Below are positions 11,369 to 24,300 of a stretch of DNA of 64,000 bases, one piece after another (within the stretch, counting starts at the first letter, position 1; every line of letters begins with the position of its first letter). This DNA is from Antedon mediterranea (lineage: Eukaryota > Animalia > Echinodermata). The stretch is taken from contig NC_092677.1 of NCBI RefSeq assembly GCF_964355755.1, forward strand, positions 20,544,101 through 20,608,100, in the 5' to 3' direction. Below the pieces are notes generated by a model. The model was given only the letters and a program-made list of their open reading frames with translations, did not search any database and had not been told where the DNA came from. Position numbers and translations under genes: made by a program.

Positions 11369-14300
11369 CATTTTGTGATTTTCGAAAAAACTTGTTAACA
11401 TAAAAATACCAAAGTGCTCAGAATACCTTCAAATCGTGTTTTGAGACGTTTTAGACCATTTTGTGATTTTCGAAAAAACTTGTTAACATAAAAACACCAA
11501 AGTGCTCAGAATACCTTCAAATCGCATTTGGAGACGTTTTAGACCATTTTGTGATTTTCGAAAAAACTTGTTAACATAAAAACACCAAAGTGCTCAGAAA
11601 AGCTTCAAATCGCATTTGGAGACGTTTTAAACCATTTTGTTCATTTCGATGAAACTTGGTTACACAAAAACATCAAAGAGCACAAAAGTATTTAAAAACC
11701 TTTTAGACCATTTTGAGCATTCCGACAAAACTTTTTCACACAAAACATCAAAGTGTACAGAATAGCTTTAAATCGCATTTGGAGACGTTTTAGACCATTT
11801 TGTAGTTTTCGAAAAAACTTGTTAACATAAAAACACAAAAGAGCTTCAAATCGCATTTGGAGACGTTTTAGACCCTTTTGTGCATTTCGATTAAACTTGG
11901 TTACACAAAAACATCAAAGTGCTTAAAATCACATTAGAAACCGTTTTAGACCATTTTGAGCATTTCGTTAAAACTTTTCACACAAAAACATCAAAGTCCA
12001 CAAAATAGCTTAATATCGTATTTAAAAACGTTTTAGACAATTTTGAGCATTTCGAAAAAACTTTTTCACACAAAACATCAAAGTTTACAAAATAGCTTCA
12101 AATCGCATTTGGAGACGTTTTAGACCATTTTGTGATTTTCGAAAAAACTTGTTAACATAAAAACACCAAAGTGCTCAGAATACCTTCAAATCGCATTTTG
12201 AGACGTGTTAGACCATTTTGTGATTTTCGAAAAAACAACATAAAAACACCAAAGTGCTCAGAATACCTTCAAATTGCATTTGGAGACGTTTTAGACCATT
12301 TTGTGATTTTGGAAAAAACTTGTTAACATAAAAACACCAAAGTGCTCAGAATACCTTCAAATCGTATTTTGAGACGTTTTAGACAATTTTGTGATTTTCG
12401 AAAAAACTTGTTAACATAAAAACACCAAAGTCCTTAGAAAAGCTTCAAATCGCATTTGGAGACGTTTTAGACCATTTTGTGCATTTCGATGAAACTTGGT
12501 TACACAAAAACATCAAAGTGTACAGAATAGCTTCAAATCGCATTAGAAACCGTTTTAGACCATTTTGAGCATTTCGAAAAAACTTTTTCACACAAAACAT
12601 CAAAGTGTACAAAATAGCTTCAAATCGCATTTGGAGACGTTTTAGACAATTTTGTGATTTTCGAAAAAACTTGTTTACATAAAAACACCAAAGTGCTAAG
12701 AATAGCTTCCAATCGCATTTGGAGACGTTTTAGACCCTTTTGTGCATTTCGATGAAACTTGGTTACACAAAAACATCAAAGTGCTTAAAATCACATTAGA
12801 AACCGTTTTAGACCATTTTGAGCATTTCGTTAAAATTTTTCACAGAAAAACATCAAAGAGCAAAAAATAGCTTAATATCGTATTTAAAAACGTTTTAGAC
12901 CATTTTGAGCATTTCGACAAAACTTTTTCACACAAAACATCAAAGTGTACAGAATAGCTTAATATCGCATTTGGAGACGTTTTAACCCATTTTGAGCATT
13001 TCGATACAATTTTACACACAAAAACATCAAAGTGCACAAAATAGCTTAATATGGTATTTAAAAACGTTTTAGAACATTTTGAGCATTTCAACAAAACTTT
13101 TTCTCACAAAACATCAAAGTGTACAGAATAGCTTCAAATCGCATTTGGAGACGTTTTAGACCATTTTGTGCATTTCGATGAAACTTGGTTACACAAAAAC
13201 ATCAAAGTGCTTAAAATCACATTTTGAGCATTTCGTTAAAACTTTTCACACAAAAACATCAAAGAGTAAAAAATAGCTTAATATCGTATTTAAAAACGTT
13301 TTAGACCATTTTGAGCATTTCGACAAAATTTTTTCACACAAAACATCAAAGTGTACAGAATAGCTTTAAATCGCATTTGGAGACGTTTTAGACCATTTTG
13401 TTAATTTCGATGAAACAAAAACACAAAAACATCAAATTGTACAAAATGGCTTAATATGATATGGGAAAACGTTTTAGACCATTTTGAACATTTCGTTAAA
13501 AGTTTTCACACAAAAACATCAAAGTCCACAAAATAGCTTAATATCGTATTTAAAAACGTTTTAGACCATTTTGAGCATTTCGAAAAAACTTTTTCACACA
13601 AAACATCAAAGTTTACAAAATAGCTTCAAATCGCATTTGGAGACGTTTTAGACCATTTTGTGATTTTCGAAAAAACTTGTTAACATAAAAACACCAAAGT
13701 GCTCAGAATACCTTCAAATCGCATTTTGAGACGTTTTAGACCATTTTGTGATTTTCGAAAAAACTTGTTAACATAAAAACACCAAAGTGCTCAGAATACC
13801 TTCAAATCGTGTTTTGAGACGTTTTAGACCATTTTGTGATTTTCGAAAAAACTTGTTAACATAAAAACACCAAAGTGCTCAGAATACCTTCAAATCGAAT
13901 TTTGAGACGTTTTAGACCATTTTGTGATTTTCGAAAAAACTTGTTAACATAAAAACACCAAAGTGCTCAGAATACCTTCAAATCGTGTTTTGAGACGTTT
14001 TAGACCATTTTGTGATTTTCGAAAAAACTTGTTAACATAAAAACACCAAAGTGCTTAGAAAAGCTTCAAATCGCATTTGGAGACGTTTTAGACCATTTTG
14101 TTCATTTCGATGAAACTTGGTTACACAAAAACATCAAAGAGCACAAAAGATCTTAATATCGTATTTAAAAACGTTTTAGACCATTTTGAGCATTTCGAAA
14201 AAACTTTTTCACACAAAACATCAAAGTGTACAAAATAGCTTCAAATCGCATTTTGAGACGTTTTAGACAATTTTGTGATTTTCGAAAAAACTTGTTTACA

Positions 14301-16479
14301 TAAAAACACCAAAGTGCTTAGAAAAGCTTCAAATCGCATTTGGAGACGTTTTAAACCATTTTGTTCATTTCGATGAAACTTGGTTACACAAAAACATCAA
14401 AGAGCACAAAAGTATTTAAAAACGTTTTAGACCATTTTGAGCATTCCGTCAAAACTTTTTCACACAAAACATCAAAGTGTACAGAATAGCTTTAAATCGC
14501 ATTTGGAGACGTTTTAGACCATTTTGTAGTTTTCGAAAAAACTTGTTAACATAAAAACACAAAAGAGCTTCAAATCGCATTTGGAGACGTTTTAGACCCT
14601 TTTGTGCATTTCGATGAAACTTGGTTACACAAAAACATCAAAGTGCTTAAAATCACATTAGAAACCGTTTTAGACCATTTTGAGCATTTCGTTAAAACTT
14701 TTCACACAAAAACATCAAAGTCCACAAAATAGCTTAATATCGTATTTAAAAACGTTTTAGACCATTTTGAGCATTTCGAAAAAACTTTTTCACACAAAAC
14801 ATCAAAGTTTACAAAATAGCTTCAAATCGCATTTGGAGACGTTTTAGACCATTTTGTGATTTTCGAAAAAACTTGTTAACATAAAAACACCAAAGTGCTC
14901 AGAAAAGCTTCAAATCGCATTTGGAGACGTTTTAAACCATTTTGTTCATTTCGATGAAACTTGGTTACACAAAAACATCAAAGAGCACAAAAGTATTTAA
15001 AAACGTTTTAGACCATTTTGAGCATTCCGACAAAACTTTTTCACACAAAACATCAAAGTGTACAGAATAGCTTTAAATCGCATTTGGAGACGTTTTAACC
15101 CATTTTGAGCATTTCGATAAAATTTTACACACAAAAACATCAAAGTGCACAAAATAGCTTAATATGGTATTTAAAAACGTTTTAGACCATTTTGAGCATT
15201 TCAACAAAACTTTTTCTCACAAAACATCAAAGTGTACAGAATAGCTTCAAATCGCATTTGGAGACGTTTTAGACCATTTTGTGCATTTCGATGAAACTTG
15301 GTTACACAAAAACATCAAAGTGCTTAAAATCACATTTTGAGCATTTCGTTAAAACTTTTCACACAAAAACATCAAAGTCCACAAAATAGCTTAATATCGT
15401 ATTTAAAAACGTTTTAGACCATTTTGAGCATTTCGAAAAAACTTTTCCACACAAAACATCAAAGTTTACAAAATAGCTTCAAATCGCATTTGGAGACGTT
15501 TTAGACCATTTTGTGATTTTCGTAAAAACTTGTTAACATAAAAACACCAAAGTGCTTAGAAAAGCTTCAAATCGCATTTGGAGACGTTTTAGACCATTTT
15601 GTGCATTTCGATGAAACTTGGTTACACAAAAACATCAAAGTGCTTAAAATCACATTTTGAACATTTCGTTAAAAGTTTTCACACAAAAACATCAAAGAGT
15701 AAAAAATAGCTTAATATCGTATTTAAAAACGTTTTAGACCATTTTGAGCATTTCGAAAAAACTTTTCCACACAAAACATCAAAGTTTACAAAATAGCTTC
15801 AAATCGCATTTGGAGACGTTTTAGACCATTTTGTGATTTTCGAAAAAACTTGTTAACATAAAAACACCAAAGTGCTCAGAATACCTTCAAATCGCATTTG
15901 GAGACGTTTTAGACCATTTTGTGATTTTCGAAAAAACTTGTTAACATAAAAACACCAAAGTGCTCAGAAAAGCTTCAAATCGCATTTGGAGACGTTTTAA
16001 ACCATTTTGTTCATTTCGATGAAACTTGGTTACACAAAAACATCAAAGAGCACAAAAGTATTTAAAAACGTTTTAGACCATTTTGAGCATTCCGACAAAA
16101 CTTTTTCACACAAAACATCAAAGTGTACAGAATAGCTTTAAATCGCATTTGGAGACGTTTTAGACCATTTTGTAGTTTTCGAAAAAACTTGTTAACATAA
16201 AAACACAAAAGAGCTTCAAATCGCATTTGGAGACGTTTTTGACCCTTTTGTGCATTTCGATGAAACTTGGTTACACAAAAACATCAAAGTGCTTAAAATC
16301 ACATTAGAAACCGTTTTAGACCATTTTGAGCATTTCGTTAAAACTTTTCACACAAAAACATCAAAGTCCACAAAATAGCTTAATATCGTATTTAAAAACG
16401 TTTTAGACAATTTTGAGCATTTCGAAAAAACTTTTTCACACAAAACATCAAAGTTTACAAAATAGCTTCAAATCGCATT

Positions 16480-19400
16480 TGGAGACGTTTTAGACCATTT
16501 TGTGATTTTCGAAAAAACTTGTTAACATAAAAACACCAAAGTGCTCAGAATACCTTCAAATCGCATTTTGAGACGTTTTAGACCATTTTGTTCATTTCGA
16601 TGAAACAAAAACACAAAAACATCAAATTGCACAAAATGGCTTAATATGATATGGGAAAACGTTTTAAACCATTTTGAACATTTCGTTAAAAGTTTTCACA
16701 CAAAAACATCAAAGTCCACAAAATAGCTTAATATCGTATTTAAAAACGTTTTAGACCATTTTGAGCATTTCGAAAAAACTTTTCCACACAAAACATCAAA
16801 GTTTACAAAATAGCTTCAAATCGCATTTGGAGACGTTTTAGACCATTTTGTGATTTTCGAAAAAAATTGTTAACATAAAAACACAAAAGTGCTCAGAATA
16901 CCTTCAAATCGCATTTGGAGACGTTTTAGACCATTTTGTGATTTTCGAAAAAACTTGTTTACATAAAAACACCAAAGTGCTTAGAAAAGCTTCAAATCGC
17001 ATTTGGAGACGTTTTAAACCATTTTGTTCATTTCGATGAAACTTGGTTACACAAAAACATCAAAGAGCACAAAAGTATTTAAAAATGTTTTAGACCATTT
17101 TGTGCATTCCGACAAAACTTTTTCACACAAAACATCAAAGTGTACAGAATAGCTTTAAATCGCATTTGGAGACGTTTTAGACCATTTTGTAGTTTTCGAA
17201 AAAACTTGTTAACATAAAAACACCAAAGAGCTTCAAATCGCATTTGGAGACGTTTTAGACCCTTTTGTGCATTTCGATGAAACTTGGTTACACAAAAACA
17301 TCAAAGTGCTTAAAATCACATTAGAAACCGTTTTAGACCATTTTGAGCATTTCGTTAAAACTTTTCACACAAAAACATCAAAGTCCACAAAATAGCTTAA
17401 TATCGTATTTAAAAACGTTTTAGACCATTTTGAGCATTTCGAAAAAACTTTTTCACACAAAACATCAAAGTTTACAAAATAGCTTCAAATCGCATTTGGA
17501 GACGTTTTAGACCATTTTGTGATTTTCGAAAAAACTTGTTAACATAAAAACACCAAAGTGCTCAGAATACCTTCAAATCGCATTTTGAGACGTTTTAGAC
17601 CATTTTGTGATTTTCGAAAAAACAACATAAAAACACCAAAATGCTCAGAATACCTTCAAATCGCATTTGGAGACGTTTTAGACCATTTTGTGATTTTCGA
17701 AAAAACTTGTTAACATAAAAACACCAAAGTGCTCAGAATACCTTCAAATCGTATTTTGAGACGTTTTAGACAATTTTGTGATTTTCGAAAAAACTTGTTA
17801 ACATAAAAACACCAAAGTGCTTAGAAAAGCTTCAAATCGCATTTGGAGACGTTTTAGACCATTTTGTGCATTTCGATGAAACTTGGTTACACAAAAACAT
17901 CAAAGTGTACAGAATAGCTTCAAATCGCATTAGAAACCGTTTTAGACCATTTTGAGCATTTCGAAAAAACTTTTTCACACCAAACATCAAAGTGTACAAA
18001 ATAGCTTCAAATCGCATTTGGAGACGTTTTAGACAATTTTGTGATTTTCGAAAAAACTTGTTTACATAAAAACACGAAAGTGCTAAGAATAGCTTCCAAT
18101 CGCATTTGGAGACGTTTTAGACCCTTTTGTGTATTTCGATGAAACTTGGTTACACAAAAACATCAAAGTGCTTAAAATCACATTAGAAACCGTTTTAGAC
18201 CATTTTGAGCATTTCGTTAAAATTTTTCACAGAAAAACATCAAAGAGCAAAAAATAGCTTAATATCGTATTTAAAAACGTTTTAGACCATTTTGAGCATT
18301 TCGACAAAATTTTACACACAAAAACATCAAAGTGCACAAAATAGCTTAATATGGTATTTAAAAACGTTTTAGACCATTTTGAGCAATTCAACAAAACTTT
18401 TTCTCACAAAACATCAAATTGTACAGAATAGCTTCAAATCGCATTTGGAGACGTTTTAGACCATTTTGTGCATTTCGATGAAACTTGGTTACACAAAAAC
18501 ATCAAAGTGCTTAAAATCACATTTTGAGCATTTCGTTAAAACTTTTCACACAAAAACATCAAAGTCCACAAAATAGCTTAATATCGTATTTAAAAACGTT
18601 TTAGACCATTTTGAGCATTTCGAAAAAACTTTTCCACACAAAACATCAAAGTTTACAAAATAGCTTCAAATCGCATTTGGAGACGTTTTAGACCATTTTG
18701 TGATTTTCGAAAAAACTTGATAACATAAAAACACCAAAGTTCTCAGAATACCTTCAAATCGTGTTTTGAGACGTTTTAGACCATTTTGTAATTTTCGAAA
18801 AAACTTGTTAACATAAAAACACCAAAGTGCTCAGAATACCTTCACATCGCATTTTGAGACGTTTTAGACCATTTTGTGATTTTCGAAAAAACTTGTTAAC
18901 ATAAAAACACCAAAGTGCTCAGAATACCTTCAAATCGCATTTTGAGACGTTTTAGACCATTTTGTTCATTTCGATGAAACAAAAACACAAAAACATCAAA
19001 TTGCACAAAATGGCTTAATATGATATGGGAAAACGTTTTAAACCATTTTGAACATTTCGTTAAAAGTTTTCACACAAAAACATCAAAGTCCACAAAATAG
19101 CTTAATATCGTATTTAAAAACGTTTTAGACCATTTTGAGCATTTCGAAAAAACTTTTCCACACAAAACATCAAAGTTTACAAAATAGCTTCAAATCGCAT
19201 TTGGAGACGTTTTAGACCATTTTGTGATTTTCGAAAAAAATTGTTAACATAAAAACACAAAAGTGCTCAGAATACCTTCAAATCGCATTTGGAGACGTTT
19301 TAGACCATTTTGTGATTTTCGATGAAACAAAAACACAAAAACATCAAATTGCACAAAATGGCTTAATATGATATGGGAAAACGTTTTAAACCATTTTGTT

Positions 19401-21370
19401 CATTTCGATGAAACTTGGTTACACAAAAACATCAAAGAGCACAAAAGTATTTAAAAATGTTTTAGACCATTTTGTGCATTCCGACAAAACTTTTTCACAC
19501 AAAACATCAAAGTGTACAGAATAGCTTTAAATCGCATTTGGAGACGTTTTAGACCATTTTGTAGTTTTCGAAAAAACTTGTTAACATAAAAACACCAAAG
19601 AGCTTCAAATCGCATTTGGAGACGTTTTAGACCCTTTTGTGCATTTCGATGAAACTTGGTTACACAAAAACATCAAAGTGCTTAAAATCACATTAGAAAC
19701 CGTTTTAGACCATTTTGAGCATTTCGTTAAAACTTTTCACACAAAAACATCAAAGTCCACAAAATAGCTTAATATCGTATTTAAAAACGTTTTAGACCAT
19801 TTTGAGCATTTCGAAAAAACTTTTTCACACAAAACATCAAAGTTTACAAAATAGCTTCAAATCGCATTTGGAGACGTTTTAGACCATTTTGTGATTTTCG
19901 AAAAAACTTGTTAACATAAAAACACCAAAGTGCTCAGAATACCTTCAAATCGCATTTTGAGACGTTTTAGACCATTTTGTGATTTTCGAAAAAACAACAT
20001 AAAAACACCAAAATGCTCAGAATACCTTCAAATCGCATTTGGAGACGTTTTAGACCATTTTGTGATTTTCGAAAAAACTTGTTAACATAAAAACACCAAA
20101 GTGCTCAGAATACCTTCAAATCGTATTTTGAGACGTTTTAGACAATTTTGTGATTTTCGAAAAAACTTGTTAACATAAAAACACCAAAGTGTTTAGAAAA
20201 GCTTCAAATCGCATTTGGAGACGTTTTAGACCATTTTGTGCATTTCGATGAAACTTGGTTACACAAAAACATCAAAGTGTACAGAATAGCTTCAAATCGC
20301 ATTAGAAACCGTTTTAGACCATTTTGAGCATTTCGAAAAAACTTTTTCACACCAAACATCAAAGTGTACAAAATAGCTTCAAATCGCATTTGGAGACGTT
20401 TTAGACAATTTTGTGATTTTCGAAAAAACTTGTTTACATAAAAACACGAAAGTGCTAAGAATAGCTTCCAATCGCATTTGGAGACGTTTTAGACCCTTTT
20501 GTGCATTTCGATGAAACTTGGTTACACAAAAACATCAAAGTGCTTAAAATCACATTAGAAACCGTTTTAGACCATTTTGAGCATTTCGTTAAAATTTTTC
20601 ACAGAAAAACATCAAAGAGCAAAAGATAGCTTAATATCGTATTTAAAAACGTTTTAGACCATTTTGAGCATTTCGACAAAACTTTTTCACACAAAATATC
20701 AAAGTGTACAGAATAGCTTCAAATCGCATTTTGAGACGTTTTAACCCATTTTGAGCATTTCGATAAAATTTTACACACAAAAACATCAAAGTGCACAAAA
20801 TAGCTTAATATGGTATTTAAAAACGTTTTAGACCATTTTGAGCGATTCAACAAAACTTTTTCTCACAAAACATCAAATTGTACAGAATAGCTTCAAATCG
20901 CATTTGGAGACGTTTTAGACCATTTTGTGCATTTCGATGAAACTTGGTTACACAAAAACATCAAAGTGCTTAAAATCACATTTTGAGCATTTCGTTAAAA
21001 CTTTTCACACAAAAACATCAAAGTCCACAAAATAGCTTAATATCGTATTTAAAAACGTTTTAGACCATTTTGAGCATTTCGAAAAAACTTTTCCACACAA
21101 AACATCAAAGTTTACAAAATAGCTTCAAATCGCATTTGGAGACGCTTTAGACCATTTTGTGATTTTCGAAAAAACTTGATAACATAAAAACACCAAAGTG
21201 CTCAGAATACCTTCAAATCGTGTTTTGAGACGTTTTAGACCATTTTGTAATTTTCGAAAAAACTTGTTAACATAAAAACACCAAAGTGCTCAGAATACCT
21301 TCACATCGCATTTTGAGACGTTTTAGACCATTTTGTGATTTTCGAAAAAACTTGTTAACATAAAAACACC
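16480..21370 (+). repeat. About 2.37-2.46 kb tandem duplication (ends approximate)
   Basis: Shared rare variants AAAAATGTTTT, CACCAAAATGCTC, CACACCAAAC and CAAATTGTAC. The offset changes from 2374 to 2372 (ORFs 17832/20204) to 2459 after an 87-bp indel near 18305. Confidence 0.85.
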
Positions 21371-24300
21371 AAAGTGCTTAGAAAAGCTTGAAATCGCATT
21401 TGGAGACGTTTTAGACCATTTTGTGCATTTCGATGAAACTTGGTTACACAAAAACATCAAAGTGCTTAAAATCACATTTTGAGCATTTCGTTAAAACTTT
21501 TCACACAAAAACATCAAAGAGTAAAAAATAGCTTAATATCGTATTTAAAAACGTTTTAGACCATTTTGAGCATTTCGACAAAATTTTTTCACACAAAACA
21601 TCAAAGTGTACAGAATAGCTTTAAATCGCATTTGGAGACGTTTTAGACCATTTTGTTCATTTCGATGAAACAAAAACACAAAAACATCAAATTGCACAAA
21701 ATGGCTTAATATGATATGGGAAAACGTTTTAGACCATTTTGAACATTTCGTTAAAAGTTTTCACACAAAAACATCAAAGTCCACAAAATAGCTTAATATC
21801 GTATTTAAAAACGTTTTAGACCATTTTGAGCAGTTCGAAAAAACTTTTTCACACAAAACATCAAAGTTTACAAAATAGCTTCAAATCGCATTTGGAGACG
21901 TTATAGACCATTTTGTGATTTTCGAAAAAACTTGTTAACATAAAAACACCAAAGTGCTCAGAATACGTTCAAATCGCATTTTGAGACGTTTTAGACCATT
22001 TTGTGATTTTCGAAAAAACTTGTTAACATAAAAACACCAAAGTGCTTAGAAAAGCTTCAAATCGCATTTGGAGATGTTTTAGACCATTTTGTTCATTTCG
22101 ATGAAACTTGGTTACACAAAAACATCAAAGAGCACAAAAGATCTTAATATCGTATTTAAAAACGTTTTAGACCATTTTGAGCATTTCGAAAAAACTTTTT
22201 CACACAAAACATCAAAGTGTACAAAATAGCTTCAAATCGCATTTGGAGACGTTTTAGACAATTTTGTGATTTTCGAAAAAACTTGTTTACATAAAAACAC
22301 CAAAGTGCTTAGAAAAGCTTCAAATCGCATTTGGAGACGTTTTAAACCATTTTGTTCATTTCGATGAAACTTGGTTACACAAAAACATCAAAGAGCACAA
22401 AAGATCTTAATATCGTAATTAAAAACGTTTTAGACCATTTTGAGCATTTCGAAAAAACTTTTTCACACAAAACATCAAAGTGTACAAAATAGCTTCAAAT
22501 CGCATTTTGAGACGTTTTAGACAATTTTGTGATTTTCGAAAAAACTTGTTTACATAAAAACACCAAAGTGCTTAGAAAAGCTTCAAATCGCATTTGGAGA
22601 CGTTTTAAACCATTTTGTTCATTTCGATGAAACTTGGTTACACAAAAACATCAAAGAGCACAAAAGTATTTAAAAACGTTTTAGACCATTTTGAGCATTC
22701 CGTCAAAACTTTTTCACACAAAACATCAAAGTGTACAGAATAGCTTTAAATCGCATTTGGAGACGTTTTAGACCATTTTGTAGTTTTCGAAAAAACTTGT
22801 TAACATAAAAACACAAAAGAGCTTCAAATCGCATTTGGAGACGTTTTAGACCCTTTTGTGCATTTCGATGAAACTTGGTTACACAAAAACATCAAAGTGC
22901 TTAAAATCACATTAGAAACCGTTTTTGACCATTTTGAGCATTTCGTTAAAACTTTTCACACAAAAACATCAAAGTCCACAAAATAGCTTAATATCGTATT
23001 TAAAAACGTTTTAGACCATTTTGAGCATTTCGAAAAAACTTTTTCACACAAAACATCAAAGTTTACAAAATAGCTTCAAATCGCATTTGGAGACGTTTTA
23101 GACCATTTTGTGATTTTCGAAAAAACTTGTTAACATAAAAACACCAAAGTGCTCAGAAAAGCTTCAAATCGCATTTGGAGACGTTTTAAACCATTTTGTT
23201 CATTTCGATGAAACTTGGTTACACAAAAACATCAAAGAGCACAAAAGTATTTAAAAACGTTTTAGACCATTTTGAGCATTCCGACAAAACTTTTTCACAC
23301 AAAACATCAAAGTGTACAGAATAGCTTTAAATCGCATTTGGAGACGTTTTAGACCATTTTGAGCATTTCGACAAAACTTTTTCACACAAAACATCAAAGT
23401 GTACAGAATAGCTTCAAATCGCATTTGGAGACGTTTTAACCCATTTTGAGCATTTCGATAAAATTTTACACACAAAAACATCAAAGTGCACAAAATAGCT
23501 TAATATGGTATTTAAAAACGTTTTAGACCATTTTGAGCATTTCAACAAAACTTTTTCTCACAAAACATCAAAGTGTACAGAATAGCTTCAAATCGCATTT
23601 GGAGACGTTTTAGACCATTTTGTGCATTTCGATGAAACTTGGTTACACAAAAACATCAAAGTGCTTAAAATCACATTTTGAGCATTTCGTTAAAACTTTT
23701 CACACAAAAACATCAAAGTCCACAAAATAGCTTAATATCGTATTTAAAAACGTTTTAGACCATTTTGAGCATTTCGAAAAAACTTTTCCACACAAAACAT
23801 CAAAGTTTACAAAATAGCTTCAAATCGCATTTGGAGACGTTTTAGACCATTTTGTGATTTTCGAAAAAACTTGATAACATAAAAACACCAAAGTGCTCAG
23901 AATACCTTCAAATCGTGTTTTGAGACGTTTTAGACCATTTTGTAATTTTCGAAAAAACTTGTTAACATAAAAACACCAAAGTGCTCAGAATACCTTCACA
24001 TCGCATTTTGAGACGTTTTAGAGCATTTTGTGATTTTCGAAAAAACTTGTTAACATAAAAACACCAAAGTGCTTAGAAAAGCTTGAAATCGCATTTGGAG
24101 ACGTTTTAGACCATTTTGTGAATTTCGATGAAACTTGGTTACACAAAAACATCAAAGTGCTTAAAATCACATTTTGAGCATTTCGTTAAAACTTTTCACA
24201 CAAAAACATCAAAGAGTAAAAAATAGCTTAATATCGTATTTAAAAACGTTTTAGACCATTTTGAGCATTTCGACAAAATTTTTTCACACAAAACATCAAA

